Assembly (NCBI GenBank): GCA_046484865.1
Contig: JAWOID010000053.1
Span: 1-64,000 of the forward strand
Reading direction: 5' to 3'
Length of the DNA: 64,000 bases
Origin: Candidatus Krumholzibacteriia bacterium
Lineage (GTDB): Bacteria; Krumholzibacteriota; Krumholzibacteriia; LZORAL124-64-63
The notes under the pieces were generated by a model, which did no database searches, was not told where the DNA came from, and worked only from the letters and a program-made list of their open reading frames with translations. Below are positions 48,595 through 59,100 of the stretch, one piece after another. Made by a program: the position numbers and the translations under genes. The first letter of the stretch is position 1. Each line of letters opens with the position of its first letter.

Positions 48595-50367
48595 TCAGCG
48601 GACCAGGACGAGCTTGCGGGTGACGCGGCTCGTCCCGGCGGCGATCCGGACGTGGTAGACGCCGCTGGGCAGAGCGGCGCCGTGGTCGTCGGCGCCGTCC
48701 CAGGTCAGCACCCCCGGACCGGCAGGGCGCGGTTCGGCGGCGAGTTGCCGCACGCGGCGGCCGCGCAGGTCGTGCACGGCGGCCCAGAGCGTGGCGTCCC
48801 GGGCCAGCCGGTAGGCGATGGTGGTGCGGGGATTGGCTGGATTCGGGACGCAGGGATCGACGTCCAGCGGCGGCGGCGGCGAGGGAACGGCGGTCGGAGC
48901 GGCGACGCCGATCTTCATGCGCGCGCTCACGATGCCGGCGGCGACGGCGAACTCCCCCACGACCACTGCGGTCTTCCGGCCGTCGTTGGCGTGACTCGCC
49001 GGCAGGCTGCTGTCGTCGAAGACGGCGGCGCTGCTGGCGCCGGGCCAGGGATCGCCGGCGTCGCCGCGGTTCAGGATGCCGCTGCCGTGGAGGTTCTCAC
49101 GCCCGTCCGCCTGCTCCAGCGCCACCCCGTAGATCGGGCCGTGATTGACGCGGTTGGTCACCAGGTTGGCGGCGATCACCTCCTCGTCCACGTGCCAGAT
49201 GAGCAGCCCGGCGCCCGGCAGATCAGCATCGTCGCCGAGGCGCTGCCGGTTCTCCACCAGGAAGGACTCGGTATCCCTGGACGCCGGGTCCTGCAGGAGC
49301 ACCGCCTCCGGGACCTCGGCCACCGGCGCCAGCGCCTGCACGCCGTCCTCGGTCACCCGCCGCGGCTCGAGCCACCCGACGACGGCGCGACTCCACGCGC
49401 ACGGCGCCACCGGCCGTGCAGGGTGCGCACCGTCGCCACCCCACGAGCCGTGGCCCATCAGGCCCCAGTAGCCGATGCCGTGGCCGTCGAGGCCGTCGGG
49501 GTCGTAGAGATCGGGCAGTCCGAGCGCATGCCCGTACTCGTGGCAGAACACGCCGATCTCCACCAGGCGCGGCTTCGCCTCGCAGGACAGCTCCGGCTGC
49601 AGCGTGTAGTCGTCCACCCGCAGGTACTCTCCCGGCCGCCCGGTGCGGGGAACCTTCGTGACGTAGCTGCCGTCGCCCCAGCCCGCGAGGTGGTAGCTGT
49701 GGCTCCACAGGTAGCCGTTGCCGCCGCACTCGCCGCCTCGGCCCGCGTGCACGACCATCACGAGATCCACGTACCCGTCGTCGTCGCCGCTGTTGGCGAC
49801 GCCGTCGGGACCGTCGTTGTCGAACGCACCCCACTCGAAGCCGGCGGCATCCGCCAGGGCCACAGTCTCGCGGACGAAGTCGCCGGCATGGCAGGCCGCG
49901 AAGATGTCCAGACCGTTGCTCGTCCCCTCGTAGCTGGTCGCCGGTCGGGCCGCACGGTACCAGCCGCGAACCGCTCCGACCACCTCCAGACGGCCGTAAG
50001 ACACCCGGTCGAAGTACGCGGCGAAGGTCGCGTCGTCCGGGCCGAAGAGCGTCGCCGCGAACGCGAGCGGCTGCTGGGTGCCCGATCGGTCGGGAAAGTC
50101 GCCGAGCAGGACCGGAACCGCCTGGCGTCCCGCGGCGCGCAGGCCCGCCGACTTGTCGCCGCGGGCGAGTCCGCCCGCGAGGACCTCCTGCAGGTCCACG
50201 CGCGGCCGTTCGACGCGGCCCACCCCGCGCAGGAGCGCGGTCCGCACCGCCGGCGGCACCGGCCCGCCGCCACGCGGCGGCGGCACCGCGTCGGACGGCA
50301 CCGGCGGCAGCAGCACGGCGACGACCGCGAGCGCCAGCGTGCAAAGTGACCGCCGCGACGGTTGCAC
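48595..50367 (-). CDS. Secreted M6-family (immune inhibitor A-like) metalloprotease with FlgD-Ig C-terminal domain
   Basis: HAG.G.E, WSH, FCHEYGHALGLPDLY, W.LM..GSW, ENRQ, GLLIWH, EQADG; tail PNP.NPRT.I.Y...WDG.D..G..LPSGVY. Confidence 0.9.
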   Translation of the reverse strand: MQPSRRSLCTLALAVVAVLLPPVPSDAVPPPRGGGPVPPAVRTALLRGVGRVERPRVDLQEVLAGGLARGDKSAGLRAAGRQAVPVLLGDFPDRSGTQQPLAFAATLFGPDDATFAAYFDRVSYGRLEVVGAVRGWYRAARPATSYEGTSNGLDIFAACHAGDFVRETVALADAAGFEWGAFDNDGPDGVANSGDDDGYVDLVMVVHAGRGGECGGNGYLWSHSYHLAGWGDGSYVTKVPRTGRPGEYLRVDDYTLQPELSCEAKPRLVEIGVFCHEYGHALGLPDLYDPDGLDGHGIGYWGLMGHGSWGGDGAHPARPVAPCAWSRAVVGWLEPRRVTEDGVQALAPVAEVPEAVLLQDPASRDTESFLVENRQRLGDDADLPGAGLLIWHVDEEVIAANLVTNRVNHGPIYGVALEQADGRENLHGSGILNRGDAGDPWPGASSAAVFDDSSLPASHANDGRKTAVVVGEFAVAAGIVSARMKIGVAAPTAVPSPPPPLDVDPCVPNPANPRTTIAYRLARDATLWAAVHDLRGRRVRQLAAEPRPAGPGVLTWDGADDHGAALPSGVYHVRIAAGTSRVTRKLVLVR

Positions 50368-50401
50368 CGTTTTCTCCTGTCAGACCAGCAAACGACATTC
50401 A

Positions 50402-50420
50402 TTGCTCGACTTGCGAGCAA
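50402..50420. promoter_or_regulatory. Candidate operator palindrome upstream of the M6 protease
   Basis: TTGCTCG-ACTTG-CGAGCAA. Confidence 0.35.
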
Positions 50421-50547
50421 GACGAAGCACGCCGACACAGGCAGCCTGCACGGCCGGCAGACGGCGGCTCCACCAGCTTGCAGGGGCCGTACCAGTGCGC
50501 AGAGCACGTTCTCGCCGGCATGACCGATGGGATGGAATCGCCGGGAT

Positions 50548-53010
50548 TCAGTCGAGCGGTGTCAGCGGGGCGAATCGGGGCAGGATGTGCTTGCGGCCGT
50601 GCTCGCGGAACTCGACCGTGAGCGCCAGATCGTCGCCGCTGCCCTCCACCCGGGTCACCACGCCGGCGCCGAAGGCGGTGTGGGAGACGAGTTGTCCCTC
50701 GTAGAACGCCGATTCCTGCGAGACCTCGTCGCGCCACCCGGAGCCGCGCGCCGGCGAGCCGGCACCGGCGCCGCCTCGCTGGCGACGCGGCTTCACCCAG
50801 TCCTCCGGCGCCACTCTCCGCGGCGGGGCCGTGCGACGCGCGGGCATGTCGTCGCCCGGCCGCCAGCCGGGGCGCCAGCCGCCGGTAGCCCCGCCGCCGG
50901 CCCGCCCCGCGGCCGCGCCGCCGGCCACGCCGCCGCCGAAGAGCAGGTCGCCCATGCTCGGCGACGCGCTACCGGGCAGACCCACGCGCTCCACCAGCTC
51001 GTCCGGTATCTCCAGCAGGAAGCGCGACGGCAACGTGTCCTCGTAGGCGCCGAACCGGCGCCGGCGCCCGGCGTGCAGGAGGTAGAGCCGCGACCGGGCG
51101 CGGGTGATCGCGACGTAGAACAGACGCCGCTCCTCCTCCACGCCGTCGGCCTCCATGCTGCTCGTGGCATGGGGCAGCAGGTCGTCCTCGCAGCCCGCCA
51201 GGACGACCACCGGGAATTCCAGCCCCTTGGCGGTGTGGATGGTCATCAGCCGCACCACGCCCTCGCCCTCGCCGATGGTATCGGCGTCCGAGATCAGGGC
51301 CACCTGCTCGAGGAACGCCGCCACGCTGCCGGGCGCCGGGCCGTCCAGGTCGGCCGCTGCGTCCGGATCGCCGGGCACCCGGTCGCTCGACATCCCGTCG
51401 CCGTCCGGGCGGAGGCCGTCGGATGCCGAGAGCACGACGCCCGCGCTGCCCTCGACGAAGGCGTGCGCGGCGTTCACCAGTTCCGCCACGTTCTCCGCGC
51501 GGGCGCGGGCGGTGGCCGGGTCGTCCTCCTCGAGGAAACCGGCGTAGTCCACCTCGGCGATGATGCGCTCCAGGACCCGGGACACCGGCTGCTCGCGGGC
51601 GGCGGCACGCCACCGGGCCGCCTGGTCCAGGAACGCGCGCACCCGGGTGCAGGCCGCCGGCCCCAGCGTCGTCTCCAGGAGTCCGGGCTGCGCCGCCGCC
51701 TCGCCCGGGCTGAGATCCTCCCGCTGCGCCACCTCCACCAGCCGTTCCACCGTCGTGGTCCCGATCCTTCGCCTCGGCACGTTGATCACCCGCTGCAGGG
51801 CCACCAGGTCGCGCGGGTTGTCCACCAGCTTCAGATACGCCAGCAGATCGCGCACCTCGCGGCGGTCGTAGAACTGCAGGCTGCCCACCACCTGGTGGGG
51901 CAGGGCGGCCCGCCTCAGCGCGTCCTCCACCAGGCGCGACTGGGCGTTGGTGCGGTAGAGCACGGTCACGTCGCCACGAGTGCGGCCGGCGCGCTGCTCC
52001 TCGCGGACGATCTCCACCACCCGCGCGGCCTCGTCCTCGGCATCGGCGGACATCTCCTGGCGCAACAGGTCGCCCGCGCCGTCGCCGGTCCAGAGATTCT
52101 TGCCCTTGCGCCGCTTGTTGTGGGCGATCACCGCGTTCGCCGCCGCCAGCACGTTGCCCGTGCTGCGGTAGTTCTGCTCGAGACGGTAGAGGTGCGCGCC
52201 CTGGAAGTACTCCTCGAAGCGCAGCATGTTCTCCACGCAGGCGCCGCGCCAGGAGTAGATGGCCTGGTCGTCGTCTCCCACCGCGAACACGTTGCGGTGG
52301 ACGCTGGACAGCGCCTTCACGAGCACGAGCTGCAGCGGGTTGGTGTCCTGGAACTCGTCCACGAGGACGTGGCGGAAGCGCCCGGCGTACTTCTCCAGCA
52401 CCGCCCGGTCCTGCTCCAGCAGGTGGACCGTGCGCAGGATCAGGTCGTCGAAATCCAGCGCGTTGGCTTGGCGCAGAGCCTGCTCGTAGCCGGCGTAGAT
52501 GGCGGCATGCCGCTCGTCCACCCACGTCGAGGCGGCAGCCGCCGCCGCCTCGGGCGCCGTGTCGTCGTTCTTCCAGCGGCTGATGGCGGCGCGGGCGGTC
52601 GCCGGCGGGAACTGCTTGGGATCGATCCCCAGGTCCTTCTGCACCCGCTTGATCACCCGCTGCTGGTCGTCGCCGTCGTAGATGCCGAACCCGCGCTCCA
52701 CCCCCACCGCGGCTCCGTCGGCGCGCAGGATCTTCAGGCCGGTGGCGTGGAAGGTGCCGATCCAGAAGGGCGCGCGCCCATGGCCCACCAGCCCGTCCAC
52801 CCGGTCGCGCATCTCGCGGGCAGCCTTGTTGGTGAAGGTGAAGGCGATGACCTCTGCCGGACGGGCGCGACGCTGCTCCAGCAGCCAGGCGATGCGGGTC
52901 GTGAGCACGCGGGTCTTGCCGGTGCCGGCGCCGGCCACCACCAGCACGGGTCCGTCCGGCGCCGTGACGGCGTCCTCCTGGGCGGGGTTGAGCGAGGCGA
53001 GGAGGTCCAT
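50548..53010 (-). CDS. uvrD: UvrD/PcrA SF1 DNA helicase
   Basis: AGAGTGKT, FTNKAAREM, VDEFQD, GDDDQAIY.WRGA, QNYRS, TIHTAKGLEF, YVAITRA; C-terminal Tudor-like domain. Confidence 0.95.
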   Translation of the reverse strand: MDLLASLNPAQEDAVTAPDGPVLVVAGAGTGKTRVLTTRIAWLLEQRRARPAEVIAFTFTNKAAREMRDRVDGLVGHGRAPFWIGTFHATGLKILRADGAAVGVERGFGIYDGDDQQRVIKRVQKDLGIDPKQFPPATARAAISRWKNDDTAPEAAAAAASTWVDERHAAIYAGYEQALRQANALDFDDLILRTVHLLEQDRAVLEKYAGRFRHVLVDEFQDTNPLQLVLVKALSSVHRNVFAVGDDDQAIYSWRGACVENMLRFEEYFQGAHLYRLEQNYRSTGNVLAAANAVIAHNKRRKGKNLWTGDGAGDLLRQEMSADAEDEAARVVEIVREEQRAGRTRGDVTVLYRTNAQSRLVEDALRRAALPHQVVGSLQFYDRREVRDLLAYLKLVDNPRDLVALQRVINVPRRRIGTTTVERLVEVAQREDLSPGEAAAQPGLLETTLGPAACTRVRAFLDQAARWRAAAREQPVSRVLERIIAEVDYAGFLEEDDPATARARAENVAELVNAAHAFVEGSAGVVLSASDGLRPDGDGMSSDRVPGDPDAAADLDGPAPGSVAAFLEQVALISDADTIGEGEGVVRLMTIHTAKGLEFPVVVLAGCEDDLLPHATSSMEADGVEEERRLFYVAITRARSRLYLLHAGRRRRFGAYEDTLPSRFLLEIPDELVERVGLPGSASPSMGDLLFGGGVAGGAAAGRAGGGATGGWRPGWRPGDDMPARRTAPPRRVAPEDWVKPRRQRGGAGAGSPARGSGWRDEVSQESAFYEGQLVSHTAFGAGVVTRVEGSGDDLALTVEFREHGRKHILPRFAPLTPLD

Positions 53011-53013
53011 CTC

Positions 53014-56000
53014 CTAGAAATCCATTCCGATGCTGAAGTGGAAGGTGCGCCCGCCCACGCGCCGCAGGTCGGTCGGCCACGCCCAGTCGAAGCGCAGGGG
53101 GAGGAAGAGGACGTTGGTCCTTATAGCAAACCCCACGTCGCCGCGCAACTCGTCGAAGCCCCAGTGGCCGGCCGCGTCGGTGCCGAAGAAGCGAATGCGG
53201 TCGGTCCACGCCGCGCCCACGTCGAAGTACGCCGCGGCCCCCACGTCGGTGAAGCCCCAGCGGAAGGGCCAGCCGAAGACGAGCGCCTCCACCAGCGGCA
53301 GGCGGTACTCGGTCTGCAGCAGGAAGATCTTGCTACCGGCGAGATTGCTCACGGTCTGGTAGTCGTAGAAGTCGTAGCCGCGCAGCGTCCAGGGACCGCC
53401 CAGCACCCAGGCCCGGGGGTTGTCGCCGGCGGACGTGGCCAGGTTCAGGTGCACGGCGAAGCTGTTCCGGCGCCAGGGCATCCAGTACTTGCGGTAATCG
53501 AGGACCGCGGTCCAGCGATCGAGGCTGTCGTCGGCGACCGGGATGGAGCGCGACACCGCCGCGTACCAGCGCGAGCCCGTCAGCGGTCCATGGCTGCCGT
53601 ACAGGGCGGTGTCGTGGATGTACGCCAGCGTCGGTTGCACCAGTCGGCTCGTCCTCCGGTCCGTCTCCACCAGCAGGAAGTCGGTGGTCCACTCGTACAC
53701 GGTCCGCTCGGACGTGAGGAACTGCAGCTCGAGATCGAAGCGCTCGAACGTGTTCAGCGGATAGCTCGCGTGGGTGAAGAAACCGTAGTTGCGTTCCTTG
53801 AAGCTGGTGTCGTCGGGCAGCAGTTCGCCCACGGTGGTCAGCACCGAGTGGTAGAAGTTGTTGTAGTGGAAGACGCCCGCACCCCAGTCGAGCCGCCGCT
53901 TGAGGTTGTGATAGCTGGCCGCGACGTCGCTGTTCTCGAACGAGCCGAAGAAGTTGACCAGGAAGCGCAGCTTGCGGTCCCCCATCAGGTCGCTCAGGGT
54001 GATCCAGTTCGCCAGACCGAGGCCGCCCGCGCTCGTGAAGTAGACGCCGCCGCCGGCCAGAGCCTCGCTCAGGTCCACCTGCCAGCCCGGGCGGTACGTC
54101 TCCACCATCCCCACGCGCTCGGGGTCGGTGAGCGGCTGCGGCGGCTCCGTGCGCTCCACCAGGGGCGGCGGCTCCAGGACCGGCGCCGCCGGCGGCCGTC
54201 CCCCGGGCACGCGCTGCGACCAACCGGCGAGGAATGCGTCGGCGGCGTACAGGTCGTAGCCCGCAGCGTGGAAGCCGGCGAAGACCAGGCGATCGGACCG
54301 TCGCGAGTAGCTGAGCTGGTCGATCCCGCCGAGCACGTTGGTGAGCCGGCGGGAGGAGACCGGCCGCGTGCCGGTTCCGTCCAGCCGCACGATGGCCAGG
54401 TTGGCGATGCCGCCGGTGCTCTCGACCATGGCGAGGTCGCGTTCGCCCAGCCAGACGGGATTGCTCCGGCCCGCGTTCACGTCGAACAGCTCGTGGCGCT
54501 CGCCGGTGGTCAGGTCGAGCACCTGCACGGCCACGTCGCTCGCCAGGCGGCGCCCACCCGAGTGCGACTCGCCGAGCGGACGAGCCCACAGCAGTTGCTT
54601 GCGGCCGTCCGGCAGCACCTCGAACTCGAACTCGATCTCGGCCAGCGGATTGAACGTGAAGGCCAGCCGGTCGCCCGCGGGCGACCAGACCGGCTGCGCC
54701 TCGTCGCCGATCGTGTCCGTCAGCCTCACCACCTGCACGCCGTCGGGACCCCGCTCCACGGCCGGGAAATGCGCCTCGAACCGGGCCGCCGCCCGGCCGC
54801 TCAGGTCGACGAGGTAGAGGTCCGTGCGGCCGAACCGCGTTCCCGCCACCACGATGGCCTCTCCGTCGGGAGACCAGGCGGGCGACGCCAGGACGTCGAA
54901 GCCGAGCCTCAGCGATCGGGTCACCTCGCCGGTCCGCGTGGAGATGGTGTGCAGCGTCTCGTCGTTGCCCGTCTTCGCCACCAGGGCGACCTCGTCGCCG
55001 TCCGGCGCCCAGGACAGCCCGCTGCGGAAGCTGTGGAACGACTCGAACCGGCTCGAGCGCTGGCTGCGCCCGAGCTGGCGGATCACGCGGCCGTCGATGG
55101 CCGACGCCAGGTAGAGATCCACCAGCCCGTCGCGGTCGGAGAAGTAGACCAGCTCGTCGCCGTCCGGGCTCAGGGCCGGCTGGCCGTTGTAGAAGGCCTG
55201 CTCCACACGGTGATCGGTGAGCGGTCGGGCGATGTCCTCCGGCTGCTCGAGGTCGGCGTACTGCGGCCAGTAGCGCCGGCGCATCTCGCGGGCGAACAGC
55301 TCATTGAAGCTCTCCATGTCGAGCCCGTAGACGTCGAGCAGCGCGCGCTCGGCGTCGCGCCGCCGCCCCACCTGCCGCCAGAACGCCAGCAGCTTCTCGT
55401 GACCGTAGCGTTCGGACAGCAGGCGCATGGCCGCCTGCCCTTCCTTGTACACCAGGAAGCCGCCCACGCGGTCCAGCGGCCACAGATAGTCGTTGATGGT
55501 GGCGTCGCGCAGGAACATGTCGGCCTCAGCGTCCCACCCCGAACTGAACCACTCGGCGATGCCCTCGGCGAACCAGAGCGGCACCTGGTAGAAGCGCCTC
55601 TGGGCCGGCTCGCTGCCGCCGCCGTAGGCCATGTCGAACATGAACGCGTGCACCAGCTCGTGGCGGATGACGTGCACGAAGTCGGCGTGGGAGCCGTTGT
55701 ACGGCAGCACCATGCGGTTGCGCAGCGGTTCGGTGAAGCCGCCGGTGCCCTCGCCGATCAGGTAGGGCGAGATGTTGGTCTGCGCGAAGTCCTGGTGCGA
55801 CGCGTACAGGACGAACGGCACGCGCCAGGGCAAATCGCGCCCGAGCCGGGCCGCGTACTCCTCGTACGCCTGCTCGGCGATCAGGCTCGCGCGTACCGCC
55901 AGCTCCTCGGCTCCATCGTAGAAGTGGAGGTCGAAGTGGGGCGTGACCAGCACCTGCCAGCGCAGCGGCTTCACCTGCACCTTGTTCTTGCCGAACATCT

Positions 56001-56109
56001 GCGCCGCAGCCGGGCACACGGCTCCAGACGCCAGCCAGAGGGTGGTCGCGGCGAGCGCGATGGCTGCCGTCGCGGCGAGGCGCCGCGAGGCGGGCGGGCG
56101 CTGGTGCAT
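53014..56109 (-). CDS. Omp85-family protein: N-terminal HExxH metallopeptidase-like domain, PD40/TolB-like propeller, C-terminal barrel
   Basis: FGKNKVQ, HELVHAF...WFAEGIAE, repeated (W/L)SPDG, barrel loop-6 LGGPWTLRGY, terminal FHFSIGMDF. Confidence 0.85.
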   Translation of the reverse strand: MHQRPPASRRLAATAAIALAATTLWLASGAVCPAAAQMFGKNKVQVKPLRWQVLVTPHFDLHFYDGAEELAVRASLIAEQAYEEYAARLGRDLPWRVPFVLYASHQDFAQTNISPYLIGEGTGGFTEPLRNRMVLPYNGSHADFVHVIRHELVHAFMFDMAYGGGSEPAQRRFYQVPLWFAEGIAEWFSSGWDAEADMFLRDATINDYLWPLDRVGGFLVYKEGQAAMRLLSERYGHEKLLAFWRQVGRRRDAERALLDVYGLDMESFNELFAREMRRRYWPQYADLEQPEDIARPLTDHRVEQAFYNGQPALSPDGDELVYFSDRDGLVDLYLASAIDGRVIRQLGRSQRSSRFESFHSFRSGLSWAPDGDEVALVAKTGNDETLHTISTRTGEVTRSLRLGFDVLASPAWSPDGEAIVVAGTRFGRTDLYLVDLSGRAAARFEAHFPAVERGPDGVQVVRLTDTIGDEAQPVWSPAGDRLAFTFNPLAEIEFEFEVLPDGRKQLLWARPLGESHSGGRRLASDVAVQVLDLTTGERHELFDVNAGRSNPVWLGERDLAMVESTGGIANLAIVRLDGTGTRPVSSRRLTNVLGGIDQLSYSRRSDRLVFAGFHAAGYDLYAADAFLAGWSQRVPGGRPPAAPVLEPPPLVERTEPPQPLTDPERVGMVETYRPGWQVDLSEALAGGGVYFTSAGGLGLANWITLSDLMGDRKLRFLVNFFGSFENSDVAASYHNLKRRLDWGAGVFHYNNFYHSVLTTVGELLPDDTSFKERNYGFFTHASYPLNTFERFDLELQFLTSERTVYEWTTDFLLVETDRRTSRLVQPTLAYIHDTALYGSHGPLTGSRWYAAVSRSIPVADDSLDRWTAVLDYRKYWMPWRRNSFAVHLNLATSAGDNPRAWVLGGPWTLRGYDFYDYQTVSNLAGSKIFLLQTEYRLPLVEALVFGWPFRWGFTDVGAAAYFDVGAAWTDRIRFFGTDAAGHWGFDELRGDVGFAIRTNVLFLPLRFDWAWPTDLRRVGGRTFHFSIGMDF

Positions 56110-56111
56110 GG

Positions 56112-59100
56112 TCAGTACTCGATCCGGTACTTCAGGTCCAGGTTGTACGTGTCCTCGCCCTGGAACTCGTCCAGACGACGGCGGATCTCGGACTGCAGCA
56201 GCAGATGGTCCGAGATCTGGTACTCGATGAGCAGGTCGCGGTCGTTCTGGTTCAGGCCCTGGGCGTACTTGATGTAGAGGGCCTGGCCCAGGTACTTCCC
56301 CACGCCGATGAGCGGGTCGAACCCGCTGCTGCCATCCTCGGTCTGTCGCGTGATGGGATCGATCTCGAAGGTGTCGATGATGTCCAGCTCCTGGGCGATC
56401 TCCCGCTCGATGAGGTTGAAGCCCGCCGCGATGGACGTGTTGCGCAGCCGCTCGACGTCGTCCTCCGCCGGTTCCGGCGAAAGTCCCAGGAGCATGCGTT
56501 CGATCCCCGCGCGGGAGTAGCCGCTCTCCGAGCTGTACGAGATGGCGGGCTCCTCGATGGGACCGCTCACGTGGACCGTCACGCGCTCGATCACGCTGGA
56601 GTTGAACTTGTTGCGCAGGCGCACGCGGGTCTCGGCGTCGAGATCCACCCAGGGCACGATGCCGACCGCCCGGCTGAAGTCCAGGTCGCCGCGCACCACC
56701 TTGAAGGAGTTGTTGAAGACCGGCAGGCGGCCGGCGTCGATGGTCAAGGTGCCGCGCAGGTCGACTCCGGACATGTCGCGCACGAGGGTCACGTCGCCGC
56801 TCAGATCCAGCTCCATCGCTCGATTCTGCACCCGGGCGCTGCGCGGTCCGCCGTGGAGGCGCAGATCCGCCAGCCAGTCCGGAGCCACGGTGGCTCCGAT
56901 CGCGGCGTCGCCCTGCTCGGCGAAGTCGCCCGTGTAGCGCGCCTTCAGCACCTCCAGTTCGCCGGAGAAACGCGGCACCAGCACGGCGTCGGGACCCACG
57001 CGCACGCCGTCCATGCGCACCGCGGGAGAGCGGACGAGCACTCGCAGGTCCGGAATGGACGCGACCAGAAAGCGCTCCACCGCCAGTTGCAGCTCGAAGG
57101 TCCGCAGCTCCAGCCCGGAGAAGAACAGCCGTCCCTCGCCGGAGAGGGTGCCGCGCAGCCCCTCCTCCCCCTCGATCCTCGAGAGCAGCAGCTCGTCGCC
57201 GGTGAAGACGCCGCGGGCCGAGACGTTGCTGTAGATCTCGCCGAACCGGCGCAGCACGAAGCCGGCGTCGCTCACGGCCAGCGTGCCGCTGTAGAGCGGG
57301 TGCGACAGCGGTCCCTGCAGCACCATGTCCAGCTCGCCGCGGCCGCTGGTCTCGAGAAAGGCGTTCGTCGCGCCGGCGAGCGACCCGAGATCGCTGTCCG
57401 GCGGTACCACCAGCCGCGCGTAGAACGGCCCTTCAAGGGGCATCTCCGGCTCGGCCGTGAGCGAGAAGACGAGCGGCAGCTCCAGCCGTCCGTGTAGCGG
57501 CAGCGTCCCCTTCCGGCCACGCAGGCGCGAGAACACCAGGGCGTCGCGGTCCACCAGCACCTCGGCCCGCACGGAATCGAGATGCGCCCAGTGGATGTGG
57601 AACGGTGCGCTGACCAGCTCGCCCACCACCAGCGGATCGTCGGTGGTGCCACCCAGGTGCAGACGGGTCGAGAAGCTGCCGGCCAGGCGGTCCAGCGCCT
57701 CGAGCCGGAACGGTTCCAGGACGCGCCAGTCGCCGTCGGTCACCGTGAGGTCCAGATCCAGGCTGGCGCCCGGCCAGAACCTCGCGAGCGGCGCCGCCGG
57801 GTTGGCCATGCGTCCCCGAACGGATGCGCGCCCCCGGTCCGTGACCAGCCGCAGCGAGGCCACGTCCACGCCGCCGTCGCGATAGGTGACCGACACGTCC
57901 AGCGTGTCCACCTGGGCCAGCTCGAAGACCGCGCCGGTGATCGTGGCCTCGAGATCCATCACCGGGCGCCGGGGCGTGCCGGCCACCACCAGCTCCGCCG
58001 TGGCCGAACCCGAGAGGAGATCGCCGGTGCGCAGCAGCGGGTTCAAGAGGCCGAGCTCGAAGTTGCGCAGCTGCAACGACGCGGCGGTCACGGCATCCCG
58101 CTCGTAGACCCCCTGCAGCACCAGTTCGCCGCGCGCGGACGCCAGCTCCAGTCCGGGCACCGCCACGCTGCCGGCTCCCAGCTCGATGTCGGCGGGCGCC
58201 GTCAGGCTCCAGCGGCTCCCCTCCAAATCCACCGCGAACCGCTCCACGTGGAAGCGGCGCAGCGAGTCCGAGAACGCCGCGCGGCCGGCCAGCGTCACCA
58301 CCGTGTCCCCGCGCACGGTCAGGAACGAGTCGACCCGCGCCTCCCGCGCGCTGATGGCGCCGCGCAGCCGGAAGTCGCCCAGCGGAACGCCGCCGAGCAG
58401 CAGGCCGCGGCCCTGGCTCTCTCCGCTGAAGCGCGGCTCGCCGAGCACGTCGGCCACGGTCACGGACGCCTCCGCGCTGCCGACGGCGACGTCCGTCAGT
58501 GCCAGGTCGCCGGCTCGCACCGAGCCGCGGAACCGCAGGCTGTCCACCGGGCCGCTGAGCCGCCCCTGCAGCCGCGCCCGGCCGGCGAGGGACGGCCATC
58601 CCCACTCCGCCGGCAGGTCGGACAGGTCCTCGCTGACCGCTTCCAGCGAGCCGGTGAAGATCTCGGCGGGATCGGCGCGGCCGGTGAGCACCCCCTGCAG
58701 ACCACCGCGCCGCAGGGCCACCCGGTGAAACTCGACGCCGCCGTCGTGCGCGGTGACGTCCACGTACGCGCTGTCGAACGGCAGCGGAGCGAGGTGTCCG
58801 TTGCGCAGCCAGCCGACCACGCGGGTGAGGCCGGCGCTGTCGGTGTGGGTGATGCGCAGGCGGCCGTGGCCGGAGGTCGCCGGCAGGTCGTCCATGTCGG
58901 GCACCAGCCCGCGGCTGAGATCCACGTCGCCGACGTCCCCCTCGAGCCAGAAGCTGAGCGGCCCGCCGGGCGGCACCGCGAAGGCCCCGCCTCCCTCGAA
59001 CCAGGCGCCGTTGACGCGTCCCCGGGCGCGCGTCAGGCGCACGCTGTCGCCGGCGATCACCGCCACCGCGTCCAGCGGCTCCATGTCGTAGCCCTCGAAG

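Noticed and set aside
51325..51450. Possible intein in UvrD
   Set aside because: Too short, with no C-terminal HN or other splicing motifs.
50527..56277. 1916-aa plus-strand ORF, and similar long ORFs at 16098-19244, 37852-41214, 10398-12503, 57582-60032, 59935-62622 and 7583-10405
   Set aside because: Antisense or off-frame shadows of well-supported genes. Stop codons are rare in high-GC DNA, and the translations are Arg/Gly/Ala/Pro-rich with no motifs.
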